Shown: piece by piece, positions 14,005-28,741 of the stretch
Numbering within the stretch: the stretch's first letter is position 1
Layout of the letters: the number at the start of each line of letters is the position of its first letter
Source: Ylistrum balloti
Taxonomy: Eukaryota
DNA: 64,000 bases
Direction of reading: 5' to 3'
NCBI RefSeq assembly: GCF_031769215.1
Contig: NW_026782088.1
Location: forward strand, 1 to 64,000
The notes under the pieces: model-generated
Database searches by the model: none
What the model was told of the DNA's origin: nothing
The model's input: only the letters and a program-made list of their open reading frames with translations
Made by a program: the position numbers and the translations under genes

Positions 14005-17000
14005 ATAGTTATACAACTAGTACAATGTTTGTTCTGGTACTGCTATAAATAGCTATACCACCACAGTACAATACTTGTTATGGTACTACTATAAATAGCT
14101 TTACCACCACAGTACAATATTTGTTCTGTTACTTCTCTAAATAGCTTTATCACCACAATACAATATTTGTTCCAGTACTACTATAAATAGCTGTACCACC
14201 ACAGTACAATATTTGTTCTGGTACTACTATAAATAGTTCTGGTACTACTATAAATAGCTATACCACCACAGTACAATATTTGTTCTGGTACTACTATAAA
14301 TAGCTATACCACCACAGTACAATATTTGTTCTGGTACTACTATCAATAGCTATACCACCACAGTACAATATTTGCTATACCACCACAATACAATATTTGT
14401 TCCAGTACTACTATAAATAGCTATACAATACAATATTTGTTATAAATAGCTATACCACCACAGTACAATATTTGTTTGTACTACTATAAATAGGTACAAT
14501 ACTATACTATAAATAGCTATACCACCACAGTACAATATTTGTTCTGGTATTACTATAAATAGCTATGCTGTCACAGTACAATATGTGTTCCTGTACTGTA
14601 CTACTATCAATAGCTATACCACCACAGTACTATATTTGTTCTGGTATTACTATAAATAGCTATACCACCACAATACAATATTTGTTCTGGTACAACTATA
14701 AATAGCTATACCACCACAATACAATATTTGTTCCAGTACTACTATAAATAGCTATACCACCACAATATAATATTTGTTCTCGTACTACTATAAATATAAA
14801 TACCACCACATTACAATATTTGTTCCAGTACTACTATAAATAGCTATACCACCACATTACAATATTTGTTCTGGTATTACTATAAATAGCCATACCACCA
14901 CAATACAATATTTGTTCCAGTACTGCAATAAATAGCTATACCACCACAGTACAATATTTCTTCTGGTATTACTATAAATAGCTATACCACCACAATACAA
15001 TATTTTTTCCAGTACTACTATAAATAGCTATACTGTCACAGCACAATATTTGTTCTGGTATTACTATCAATAGCCATACCACCACAGTACAATATTTGTT
15101 CCAGTACTACTATAAATAGCTATACCATCACAGTACAATATTGTACCAGTACTACTATAAATAGCTATACCACCACAATACAATGTTTGTTCTGGTGTTA
15201 CTATAAATAGCTATACCACCACAATACAATATTTGTTCTGGTACTACTATAAATAGCTATACCACCACAATACAATATTTGTTCCAGTACTACTATAAAT
15301 AGCTATATCACCACAATATAATATTTGTTCTCGTACTACTATCAATATAAATACCACCACATTACAATATTTGTTCCAGTACTACTATCAATAGCTATAC
15401 CACCACATTACAATATTTGTTCTGGTATTACTATAAATAGCCATACCACCACAATACAATATTTGTTCCAGTACTGCTATAAATAGCTATACCACCACAT
15501 TACAATATTTGTTCCAGTACTACTATAAATAGCTATACCACCACAGTACAATATTTGTTCTGGTATTACTATAAATAGCCATACCACCACAATACAATAT
15601 TTGTTCCAGTACTACTATAAATAGCTATACCACCACAATACAATGTTTGTTCTGGTGTTACTATAAATAGCTATACCACCACAATACAATATTTGTTCTG
15701 GTATTACTATAAATAGCTTTACCACCAAAGTACAATATTTGTTCCAGTACTTCTATAAATAGCTATACCACCACAGTACAATATTGTACCAGTACTACTA
15801 TAAATAGCTATACTGTCACAGTACAATATTTGTTCTTGTACTACTATAAATAGCTATACCAACACATTACAATATTTGTTCCAGTATTACTATAAATAGC
15901 TATACCACCACAGTACAATATTTTGTTCTGGTACTACTATAAATAGCTATACCACCACAGTATAATATTTGTTCTGGTATTACTATAAATAGCTATGCTG
16001 TCACAGTACAATATGTGTTCCTGTACTGTACTACTATCAATAGCTATACCACCACAGTACTATATTTGTTCTGGTATTACTATAAATAGCTATACCACCA
16101 CAATACAATATTTGTTCTGGTATTACTATAAATAGCCATACCACCACAATACAATATTTGTTCCAGTACTACTATAAATAGCTATACTGTCACAGTACAA
16201 TATTTGTTCTGGTATTACTATAAATAGCCATACCACCACAGTACAATATTTGTTCCAGTACTACTATAAATAGCTATACCATCACAGTACAATATTGTAC
16301 CAGTACTACTATAAATAGCTATACCACCACAATACAATGTTTGTTCTGGTGTTACTATAAATAGCTATACCACCACAATACAATATTTGTTCTGATTCTT
16401 CTATAAATTGCTATACCACCCCATTACAATATTTGTTCCAGTACTACTATAAATAGCTATACCACCACAGTACAATATTTGTTCCAGTACTACTATAAAT
16501 AGCTATACCACCACAATACAATATTTGTTCCAGTACTACTATAAATAGCTATACCACCACAGTACAATATTTGTTCTGGTACTACTATAAATAGCTATAC
16601 CACCACAGTACAATATTTGTTCTGGTACTACTATCAATAGCTATACCACCACAATACAATATTTGTTCCAGTACTACTATAAATAGCTGTACCACCACAG
16701 TACTATATTTGTTCTGGTATTACTATAAATAGCTATACCACCACAATACAATATTTGTTCCAGTACTACTATATATAGCTATACCACCACAGTACAATAT
16801 TTGTTCTGGTATTACTATAAATAGCCATACCACCACAATACAATATTTGTTCCAGTACTACTATAAATAGCTATACCATCACAGTACAATATTGTACCAG
16901 TACTACTATAAATAGCTATACCACCACAATACAATGTTTGTTCTGGTGTTACTATAAATAGCTATACCACCACAATACAATGTTACACTACTATAAATAG

Positions 17001-18230
17001 CTATACCACCACAATACAATATTTGTTCTGATTCTTCTATAAATTGCTATACCACCCCATTACAATATTTGTTCCAGTACTACTATAAATAGCTATACCA
17101 CCACAGTACAATATTTGTTCCAGTACTACTATAAATAGCTATACCAACACATTACAATATTTGTTCCAGTAGTACTATAAATAGCTATACCACCACAATA
17201 CAATATTTGTTCTGGTACTACTATAAATAGCTATACCACCATAGTACAATATTTGTTCTGGTACTACTATAAATAGCTTTACCACCACAGTACAATATTT
17301 GTTCCAGTACTACTATAAATAGCTATACCACCACAGTACAATATTGTACCAGTACTACTATAAATAGCTATACCACCACAATACAATGTTTGTTCTGGTG
17401 TTACTATAAATAGCTATACCACCACAGTACAATATTGTACCAGTACTACTATAAATAGCTATACCACCACAATACAATATTTGTTCTGGTACTACTATAA
17501 ATAGCTATACCACCCCAGTACAATATTTGTTCTGGTACTACTAGCAATAGCTTTACCACCACAGTACAATATTTGTTCTGGTACTACTATAAATAGCTAT
17601 ACCACCACAGTACAATATTTGTTCTGGTATTACTATAAATAGCTATGCTGTCACAGTACAATATGTGTTCCTGTACTGTACTACTATCAATAGCTATACC
17701 ACCACAATACAATATTTGTTCTGGTACTACTATAAATAGCTATACCACCACAGTACAATATGTGTTCCTGTATTACTATAAATAGCTATACCACCACAAT
17801 ACAATATTTGTTCCAGTATTACTATAAATAGCTGTACCACCACAGTACAATATTTGTTTTGGTACTACTATAAATAGCTATACCACCACAATACAATATT
17901 TGTTCCAGTACTACTATAAATAGCTATACTGTCACAGTACAATATTTGTTCTGGTATTACTATAAATAGCTATACCACCACAATACAATGTTACACTACT
18001 ATCAATAGCTATACCACCACAGTACTATATTTGTTCTGGTATTACTATAAATAGCTATACCACCACAATACAATATTTGTTCTGATTCTTCTATAAACAG
18101 CTATACCACCCCAGTACAATATTTGTTCCAGTACTACTATACATAGCTATACCACCACAGTACAATATTTGTTCCAGTACTACTATAAATAGCTATACCA
18201 CCACAGTACAATATTTGTTCCAATACTACT
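14005..18230. repeat. Large satellite array, 46-bp unit (TACTACTATAAATAGCTATACCACCACAGTACAATATTTGTTCTGG), about 90 copies
   Basis: 46-bp period verified at 16501/16547; no unique spacers between units. Confidence 0.97.
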
Positions 18231-21200
18231 TTAACTTCCAAGCATAAATCACATGTTATAGTATGAAAAACATGTTTTGATAATACCTTTATAAGCAACA
18301 ATCCTAAAGTTATGTTGCTTTATTAGTACATGTATATACATCTGTAGAAATACATGTCACTGATCAGATTAACCTTAACAGCATCAACAACAAATTGTCC
18401 TATAACACTCAAAATTTCATTGCAATAATTTATTGATCAGCTATGGTCAGATTGATTTGCTGAAAAAAATCAGTGTGAGAAAAAGTAAGCAATCATTATT
18501 TTTTTTCTTCTTCAATATTTCCAGGTCAACAGTAAAATCTGGATACCAATGGTAAATAATCAGTCATTAGTTTATGGTAAATTCCACTCCTACAATGATA
18601 AAATTACAAAAGAAATATCATGAACCCTGAGAATATTTATCCCATCTAATTTGTTACTTACATCTCCAAGAATCATAGATAATTATGACCAGTTTCATTC
18701 CAAGCTATGCTTAAAAGCCAAGAAGATGAAATGGTGTTCCCATTTTAGACTAAAAATACCTCAAACAATAAAAGATTTTTTTCATGTATGTTGTCTTCTA
18801 CAAACTATGTATAAAAGGAGTGCCAAACTACAGCTATTTGCCCTTGGTTTTTTCTCTTATCTACATAAAGTAAGTCTCTTAAAAAAAGTCTGTCTGTTTG
18901 CCGACATGAGTAATAAAGCAAGGGCAAAGGTTATCAAAATATTCCAGCATAAAAGATAATATTACAGTCCTCCTATCTAAAAATTTGTTGTTTTTTTTTT
19001 AATCAAACTCATCAGTCTACAGTTTAACTGTATAAAACTGATGGAAACTTTCATTTACAAAAAAAAACATCATTTATACTTTGACATAATGTTCATATCT
19101 TTATAGTTCCTGTTTCTTTGGCCACATGTGTTTCACTTTTTTCTCCAAAAGAAGATTATGAGTTTGGCAGTATCGCCTTTTGAGACCACCCCTCAGTGAA
19201 ACAAAGGAATGTTAGCATGGCAAAGGCCTTTGAAAACACACCTGATTACAGCAGACTTGTAATATTGATTCCTTACAGTAGAAAACTAGGACTGAACCAC
19301 ATGCTAAGGCAGGGAACCAGAGTAAACTATAGGTATTTAGGCTGTGAGCACTTGTCAGACAATCATTGTAAGGTCAAGAATTTGTGCTGAAAATTAAGAG
19401 TCAATGAGAATTTGTAACTTTGCTTCATACACTATAATAGAAAAGTGTTTTCGTCATGTAACTTAAATCACATTCCAAATACATGTCCCTATGTCAATGT
19501 GAAGAAAGCTTCCATAAAACTGCTGCACAAGTTTCTGAAGACCAATGTTGATTTTGTGAAATCTTAAGACTTATTTTTGGCAGAAAATTGAATTGCATGG
19601 TCAATGGGAATATTTCTTCTTTGTTTTACCTATGCAGACCTGTGTCTAACATAAAAGTATGAACATACATCATACAAATTCTATTTCATCTTTATGTAAT
19701 CAAGATATATTGCTATATTGACAGTACAACTGCTTTCCCATGATATAAATTTACCATAATAGCAACGCTTATGATATACTGGAAAAGATCATATAACCTG
19801 GATATATCTTAAGAACATAAATGTGGTTCAGTCAAATATTTATAAAAAATATATTAAATTTTAGAATAATTATTGACATGGAGATGATTAATATAGGCTC
19901 TGCATGTAACTTTATACATCAGTATTTATCTTTACACAACACGGGTGAACTGGACTGCAATATTGTTCAATTGAATTAATATATTTTTATCTTACTAAAA
20001 GTTAATCATGCAGATGTACAAAATATAACACAAACATTTCATCAAGAAATTATGTTTTCTATGTAACCATATGTATTACAAACTCCTCCAAAAAATTTAG
20101 TTTAACATTCCTTATGGACAATGAAGCCAGAAATATTGACAAAAACTGTCATTTTCTTGAAATTTGAGGTGATAATAGAAGAAGCTGTACGAGTTGAAAT
20201 TTAAAGATTTTATTTCACAAAAATGCAACAACTGCATACACATTGTCTTTTATTGTAGCCAAAGTTAATGCTAAATAAATTATATCATAAAAGTGATTTT
20301 TTAACATCTAATCTCACAAATATCATTTTTAAGCAATCCACATGTATATTTGTAATAAACAAATTTCTAACCATGCAAAAGGATTCAAATATGATATTTT
20401 GTCATTGTTTCAGACTTGAGTTAACTCTAAGAAACTGACTACAGACAACATCAGCTACAAGTTTTTTTATCATTATCAATTTTGGAAAATCATACATTTT
20501 TCTTGCATTTTTTTCTCAATGAAATAAATATAAGGTTTTACAGTCAAATAAAAGTTATATTTTTCACTTATCAAATCACAGTATTTGCAATGAAAATATT
20601 AATCCCCCCCACCCGAGTACATTGCTGTACCTATATATATATATATATATTGTGAAAATATAGCAATACATTGGGCTTATATGACGTTTGATAAGAGTTA
20701 CATGTGTCATACATATTTCAATTATTTGAAGACTTATGTCTTGGATACCACTGTACAGCAGAAAATTGATAACATGTAGTCAGAGGGACATATTCAAACT
20801 AACATCAAAGAAAGGTGAGAAAATGCAATGCATAGAATGTTCCTTGTTTCCTGATGAATAACAGTGATATTTCATCTTGTGAAATGGAATCTCGAATATT
20901 TTTCAGTCATGTGAAAGTTTCTACCCTACTGGATGAAAAGTAAGTCGTATTCATCCAGGAATAAAGATTAGCCTCTTTCATATTTTTTGCCGTGTCCTAT
21001 CAATTTCATATTCAGGAGTAATTGACTAAATTGTCTCTATGCAGAAAACAAAAATCATTAAAAAATCAAAATGATAATATATGTTTTCAGGGAATAGTTC
21101 CTAATATTTGAGTCATTGCAAATAACATAAAACATTAAGGTTTTTAAAAAATCAATGATGATGCTGTTAAAATATATCAAACAACATCAGTATTGATCAG

Positions 21201-24200
21201 CAGGTTTTAAAAGATTACTGATAGCACAGGAACTTTCAAAGATGTCTGTTTATCTATAATGTATGATTCTGTACTATCCTGATTAGTGGTTTTGACATCT
21301 GGCCAGGTACTCATGAACATGCTCAATAGAACAACTTATAACCTCCATACGCTCATTGGTAAAATCAAATCCCAAAATTTTCCGCAATCTTCTTTGTAAC
21401 AGTTAATGTAATGTTGTTACTTTTGAGCTTCGATTTTAAAAGTTTGTCTCTATATCATAAACTTTACACCAAAGAAAGGTGAATTAAATTACCAAAGATT
21501 CTGTTAAATACAGATATCACACAAACATCACACAAACTTAGAAAAAAGTACAACTCGTTTGGTTCATTGTATCACATATAAGATAGAAAGATTACAGAAT
21601 AAGCTGATTTGTTTAAACAAATTTTGAACAAGGGTTTATCTAAAATATGGGCAATACTACCCACTGTGGAAAAAGGGAGAATTTGGCCAAATTTAAGAAA
21701 TCAGTGATTTCAGATAGTCCATCAGGTCAGAATAAAATGAGGGAAAGAGTTTAAATCGATGAAATATGTGAAGATAACATGAATAAAACAGGGCATGAAG
21801 ATTAGATTTATATTTCTTTTTCATAATTTGCATAATTTAAAGAAATGTGAAGTAAAGATATATACTAATAAGCTTTGTTTTGGAGTATATTTTCCCTGTT
21901 TTGGGGAAATTTCCTCCTGTGTTCAGTATATTTTCTTGATGGGGAATCTGTTTATATTCAGTGGGGAAAACAAACTACCTTTGAAAAACTATTCTTTTCC
22001 GTCAGTAAAATTTGTCTGGATTAATCCTTCTTGGATATAACTAGACATTATAACATATTTAAAACTTTAGACAAATTCTGACCAGCAAGGGGACGGGCTT
22101 ATTACCAGACACAGACAAATTACTTTGTAATATGAGTTTTATAACTTTGATTTCCTATAAAATTATGACACTTTGAAAACACAATCATCAACAAAAAGCA
22201 ATGTAGGCTTTTCCACATTGTCATCGTGTACTTTTTTCAGGTATAACCCATAGGACTTGTGAAGCATCAAATATTTCCTTATATATGTATTAGATTAAAC
22301 ACAGAGAAACTGCTGCATGCATTAGTTGCACAATAATTTACCCTGGAATACTCCTGATCAGAGTGGTTTGCGGACAGAAGCTTACTGTGAACATAGCAGC
22401 AGCTGTCTCCTACAAGTTGGTAAAATCTTATTATACTCTGGTATTGAATTTATGATCATATAAGCCCCAAACCTTTCTCTGCTCTACTTCCTACATGTGT
22501 GAATTTTCCTTTCTTATGTAAAGACATCCCAGTCAACTCTGTCATCACCTAAGGTGTTGAAGAAAGAGGAAAATTGATTTTTCCAACAGAGACAGAGTAG
22601 AAAGCTTCTTTCTCTACAGCTGAGTCATTTGAAAAGACAAAATGTGTGTGACTCTATGCATGGATCCTATGCAAAACCAAGAAGCATTTTGCATGGCAAA
22701 AACACCAATGTTGTGGAGTATTCCAGGAACTCTACAACCTCCCCCTAAATCAATACTACCAGTACATCCACAACTGGTCCATTACAATTACTGGTGAAAG
22801 ACATTAGACAAAAATACCATTAATTTTGTGACTTCATTTGCATGTGAAGTAGGGTAACCATGGATATACAAAGGAACTATATTTAATTTAGCGGAAAATT
22901 TCTTCTTATGTACAGAGATCTAAAGAAATCCTTTGACTTTGGTCTACATTACTGCTGTTTTCTAATTATGATGCCTTGTGACAGTTGCCTTGTGACAGTT
23001 AAGTATAACATTGTCCCCATCTTATTATACATATATGAAAAGATGGAAACAAGACAAATCTCCACCACTGAAAAGCAATAAGGTTGTAATTGTGGACATA
23101 AAACCTGATAAAAGACATTTATAAAATAAAGAAGAATCACAGAAAACATAATTGAGTATAAAAGAGTATAAAATATCATTTATGCCCCAATATCATTTTA
23201 ATTTGATTAAATGCAATCTAAACACAGAAGACCTTTCTTGGCCATGGAATATGATTTCCTACAAAATTATCTTCCACTTTTAGGCATGTTTTTTTTTTAT
23301 TTGTTGATCATCTGTGTTTAACACGTCTCCAACATTTTGTATAGAAAATATATTGTGCTTTCTATTCTTCTTTACAAGATTTTAACAAGAACTATAAATT
23401 AAGCCCTATATAATATGTATTTATTTAATTTTCAATATTTCCAAGTTCTAAACACAACAAACACTTGAGGAGAAACATACAGCCTTAATCCACAGACTAC
23501 TTGTGACTGGTAGGGTAATAACCTCATCACTCATAACTATGGTCATGGCCATTAGCCTACACTGCCTGTGAACCAGCATATTTACCATACATAACAGACC
23601 ATGTCTAGAGAGACTGGTTTCAAATACACACACTGACTTTAACAACTCACTGATCTGGGGATATCACCAGTTGTGATTATTGAAATTAGGCACAATATAA
23701 ACATTATGTTGAAGTGAAACTAGTCAGCTTTCAAAAGTATAAAAGGACATACATTCCTCAAATCTACTAATGTTGAACAAGGACCAATTAATTACTGATT
23801 ACTAATACCATAGTCATAGATTCTATATTCCTGTAGTAGGTTAGAACTCTTTGTTTGGAGTAAATTATACTCAGACTGCTTTGTTTGACTGTAAGCATTA
23901 ATTTTCCACAAGGTGATGAACCAGGAAGCAATATGTCTTTGGATAATTGGAACTCCTTGAATGTTACTTACTAAACTGAATATGTAAAATACAAAATGAT
24001 GTATCAGCATTACTGGTATCATATATAATATTACATTGCTAAAAGCTAGAATTTCAATATGAAATTAATAGGGTTTTAAAAGCAGTTGATAGGACAAAGC
24101 TTTGATGCATGTCTTCTAGTCAATGGCAATAAAGCAACAGGAACCTGACAGCAAAATTAAAAGATCAAGGCAGTCAAGTTACAATGCCTCATCAAACTTG

Positions 24201-25664
24201 TGTGGGTTAGTTGACATGCAGTGAATAAAGCAATGGTGAAATACTTTCTAATTTGTTCTGGACATATCACTTTCATCTTGCAGAAGTTCCATCATACACG
24301 TTGTCCCTGTTTAGACCAAAACTAGGTCAGTTTAATTAAATGAGAAAATAGCCAACTCCTACAGTCCTGGTTATGTAAACTGTACATCATAAACTATGTA
24401 CTATGTAAATGTTCACAAAATCCAGTTAACTTTGCAGCATTAGAAGTGATATGGACTGGAATGTTGTTTGTAATGAGTGTGAAAACTTAAGAGAAGTTGG
24501 TCCTCCTACCCATTCCCCACTTGATTACATATCTGACATGTGCAAATCTTAAGAAATCACTGACATCCAAGTGTTTTACAATAGTCTTTATGGTAACCTT
24601 CAAGACCTTCCAAAACATGATGTCCTGGTCTTGAATTAAATAGCTTGATACCTTAAACAGGTAAAAAAGTTTAGTTATTCTAGGTGGTTAAAACCTATGC
24701 TGCAGGGTGACCTTAGATCTATAAAGCTAGTACATTGGACATCACAAAATTCACAACAAACAGCCTAAATTTTTACATAGATCACTATATGCATTAGTCT
24801 GATTTAACCTGGCATTTTATCTACTATCTTATATTGGTCTGGAGTCAATGAAAGTCAGAAACCTGGCCTTATAAAAAGTAAGGGAAATAAGCAACTAGCA
24901 TCTGGATTGATATTCAAATGACAACTGCAGAAAGACATTGTTATTTTCATATGCATGCCACACCGACTCATTATCTTTGCAAATTAGCTTATATTTTCCC
25001 TACTTAATGGGGGAACACACATTTTTTCTCATTTTCACATTGAACAAGCAAACAATATCAAAATATCACCTTTGATAATTCCAATACATTTTACATTCAG
25101 TCACTTTTGACCAATAAAAAAGAAGTTCCGAGGAAATACTAGTTTTAGACAGTGAAATTTAGAATGAGACTTGGTCTTCTGTTGCCTTACATAGTAAACC
25201 AATGTTTGTCAGTGCTTTCCCAGATGTGACGACATACAACACCCACAAAGATGTTACATGTTTTAAAAACATATCCTAGATACTTGCGCATTCCAACCCT
25301 TAGGAGATTTTATCACTAATTATAGCTGTGGAATTCTCTTTTGAGTAAGTTTTTATTTCTATAAGCGTAATGAAGATAGTAAGTATATGGGCCAGTCAGT
25401 TTTTTGTATGTGCTAGGAAAATTATTGAGAACAATACAACTTGCATTTTAAATGCATAAAATCTACATTAAATCAAAGATGATGTCATCATGTGTACCCA
25501 CATGTTATGCTGACAAACTAAATATAAAAACAATCAGATGACTAATTCACCTGACATGCTTCTTGTTTTGGCATATTTATTGTCGATAAAATGAAATTAA
25601 AGAGAAGAGGTAAAACTACCCATTTTGAGACAAGAGTCTCTTTGAGTTCTTATCTCAATAAACA

Positions 25665-25790
25665 TGGGAAGTGTGTTGCATGCCATCCAGAGCAGCTACA
25701 TCAGGTAAAGTGTCTTGCCTGAAGACACCACAAGTACAAGTACAGAACAGTCATGATTTTATCTCCCTGTTACAAAAAACATCATAAGTA
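25665..25790 (-). mobile_element. Possible CORE-type SINE relic
   Basis: Minus-strand TGGTGTCTTCAGGCAAGACACTTTACCTG resembles the CORE-SINE motif GACCTTGGGCAAGTCACTTAACC. A similar decayed motif occurs at 35171-35200 on the plus strand. Confidence 0.3.
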
Positions 25791-28585
25791 GGATCATATG
25801 TTTGATATGAAAAAAAAACAAAAGAGAGAGTGAAAAAAACTATGTCAACTAAAAAATAAATAAAAACAACGTTGGGATCTACATCATAACAAAAAAAAAA
25901 AAACAGGTCTTTCAAACTATCTTCAAACTTCCAGAATATTCAAAACACCATACCAATAAGAAATGCAACCCAACCAAAAAGTGACTAAAGGTTTGATTGA
26001 CTAAGGACATGTGTTTTACTTAGGTGTCTGTAGTGGTAGAATTCTTTTATTTACTAAAGAAAAACAAAACAAAATACTGACTTCCAAATTATTACACTTA
26101 CAGAAGTTCCCCGTTTTTTGAAGAATAACTTTGAATTATGTGATTATATAGCCAAACATTTTAAGTGGGAATTTGTTACTTTTCTCTTTTATTTTTATAT
26201 AAATCAGTTGATACATAATAGCCTTGCCCCAATATCTCATCTACAATTAGCTAGGCAACAGGTAAGATTCCTCAACATTGGGGGTCATCTCAAAAGGGTT
26301 TCATGCCTTCTTCTGAAGCAGTCTCTAGAGATTATAAACAGTTCTTCAAAAGGATCATTTACTATGATCCACTGAAAGGCTGTAACAGTGGACCTAAAAC
26401 CAGTTAGATAAAAGAAAGTAATGAGATCATTTCACATTCTCCACTTGTCGGGTAAAAGAACAATTGAGATATTAACATGAATTTCAGTATCGCCCTCAGC
26501 CCAATGTTTTTGTTTTGTTTTTATTACAAAATTAAACTGTACTATGGAATACTTTCCTTCTTTCCCAATTCAAAAGTAAGAACCAGTGTCATATCATTAT
26601 CAATTTCATATCTGAAGATATTGTATCATAATTTGGGTCTTTGCACTTTGCAGTCTAACTCCTACAAGCAAATTATTATTATTTTTGTAACTCAGTTGAT
26701 GCAAATCTTTAGTCTATTGAAAGAGCAACGAACCCAGGATTTCAAGTACCAGTTATATAACCAGGACAAAGTTCAGCTGCAATAACCTTGCAGTCTCTGT
26801 ATAGGCAATGCATCTGATCATCACACTTAATGTATCATCTTAATATATTACCGGAACCTCTGAAGAGGTGAAAGCGCTAGGAAACTCCTTTCTATTTGCT
26901 TGTTTATTTTATGTAAATTTGTTATTTAATGTCCCCTTTTTTGTATTTCTTTTATCAAACTCTGTTCCAAATTACAAATTAGACATAAAAATTAACCATA
27001 TTTTCATTAAGACCTTTATTTTTGAACATCAAAATTACATATATTATTTTCATCACCTTCAAGTTCTCAATTAAAATGTCTCAATTAATATTAATCAATA
27101 ACTTATATGTATTACTGAACTGCTTAATTTTTACACCACATTTTAAAATCATAATAAATTATAATTATAATCAAATATAAAATTGTGCATGTTAAGAGTG
27201 TAATTATATATTAATGAAAAGCCAAACGATATTGCAATACAAGAATGGTGTACCTTCACGAACTCACTGATCAAAGCTAATCCATACTGCAATACTTTCA
27301 CAAAACTAGTCCAAACAATCAGTGAAATGTTTTGGTGGTTTCATAGAATAAAAATAGAAGTGTTAACCCCTTCTTTTGTTTGATAATTGATGAAATACTA
27401 AAGTTTAGTGAATATATAAAAATCACCCTTGGTTCAAAAAGAAAACAAAAGGGCTGGTTTACAACTAAACATATCCTTGTAGATATATGTAGTTTTTCCA
27501 TAATTGGCAATATGAGTTGCTTGTTGCAACCTTTCAGACACAGTATACATTCATATATGAGGTGCAATCTATTTTAAAAATTAACCCCCCCCCCCCCCCT
27601 TTAAATTTGGAAAATGATTGTTAATTCATTGATAACAGTTTCTCTATAAACTTTACAACATCCACCATTTGTTTGCTCTTATGCTCTTTTTTGTGTTTAT
27701 GAGTCGTTAAGAATAAGTTACTCCTTTTTAAAACAAAATATTTTGGAATTCTTAAGTGAAAAATTCAGGCTATCAGCTTCATCAACAGAAGCTCTCTTAA
27801 ACAAATCTCTTATCAACATCACTGGTAAGTCTGAAACTGCCTTTCAGCCCTCCAGCAGATAATGTGAAATAAGATGCTGATATATGTAGCATATATATTT
27901 GCAAATAAAACTATTATCAAAATACATGTATACAATTTATGGGTGAAAACATACTTTACTTTTAATTATTACCAAATTGCAAATTTGCAATTTAAATCTG
28001 TAATCTGTTGCTCAAACATTCCTATTCTAGTAGAAAATGTAAACAGAAAAATCCTTGAAAGAGCTAACTATAATCTGATGAATAAAGTTTTCACGAGATC
28101 CGTTGCTTTGTGTTGATTGTAATCTCGATATGGAACCCTAAGTAGGTGAAATACACACACTGACTAGGATTGTCCGAAACTCCAATGAACTTGGGACGAG
28201 CCACACCTTCTTTAGTTTGCCCTCTTCGACCATGCACCAAACAGCTTAAGTTTTCTTTTAACAGTCGATGCCAAAATCATTAGCTATAGTGAAAACATCA
28301 CCAAGCGACGAAACATATGAAAAATCAAACACAAACAAATATTACAAAGACCCGTCATACTGGAACATGGTCCATACCGTAAGTGCCCGGTCGTGTCAGT
28401 CACACAAAAAACCCAATGCCTGCGAACACATGACCTGGTACAGTAGTAGTATACAGGCACACATGTTTGAAGGCATAACTTGCACATTATAACTGAATGT
28501 ATGCTAAAAATGCACGATACGTTTATTCAAGTTTACTGTTATACAAACAACACACTCTTAACATAAAATGTACTTGTACACTTAC

Positions 28586-28741
28586 CGAGACATCGGGGTT
28601 ACTGGTATCTTTACCAGTAACTGCTCGTACAACTCCACTCCGCCATTCCCAATCGACAATTTTGTTAAGTTTTAACTTCCCAGAACACCGCACAGAGAGA
28701 AATCTTTTCCCAACTATTTCCTCTCTACTCTTATACGCCAT
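28586..28741 (-). CDS. KDM3/JMJD1C: First coding exon (52 codons) of a KDM3/JMJD1C-family JmjC histone H3K9 demethylase; the rest of the gene lies beyond the left edge
   Basis: Translates to MAYKSREEIVGKRFLSVRCSGKLKLNKIVDWEWRSGVVRAVTGKDTSNPDVS, matching the recalled human JMJD1C N-terminus (MAVETRAELVGKRFLCV...WRAGVIRAVSHRDSRNPDLA). Good Kozak context (GCAATGG). A phase-0 donor TCG|GTAAGT sits at the position equivalent to the JMJD1C first intron. Confidence 0.9.

Noticed and set aside
14005-18230. CRISPR-like appearance of this and the other regular arrays (6248-7150, 36688-37132, 43328-44960, 61701-64000)
   Set aside because: Units are contiguous with no unique spacers, there are no cas genes, and the context is a spliced eukaryotic locus.
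22386-22409. 24-nt minus-strand segment (ETAAAMFT) between TTGTAG and GTAAGC, as a KDM3 microexon or alternative start
   Set aside because: Phase-compatible, but such site pairs are expected by chance in 28 kb, and it would interrupt a conserved domain.
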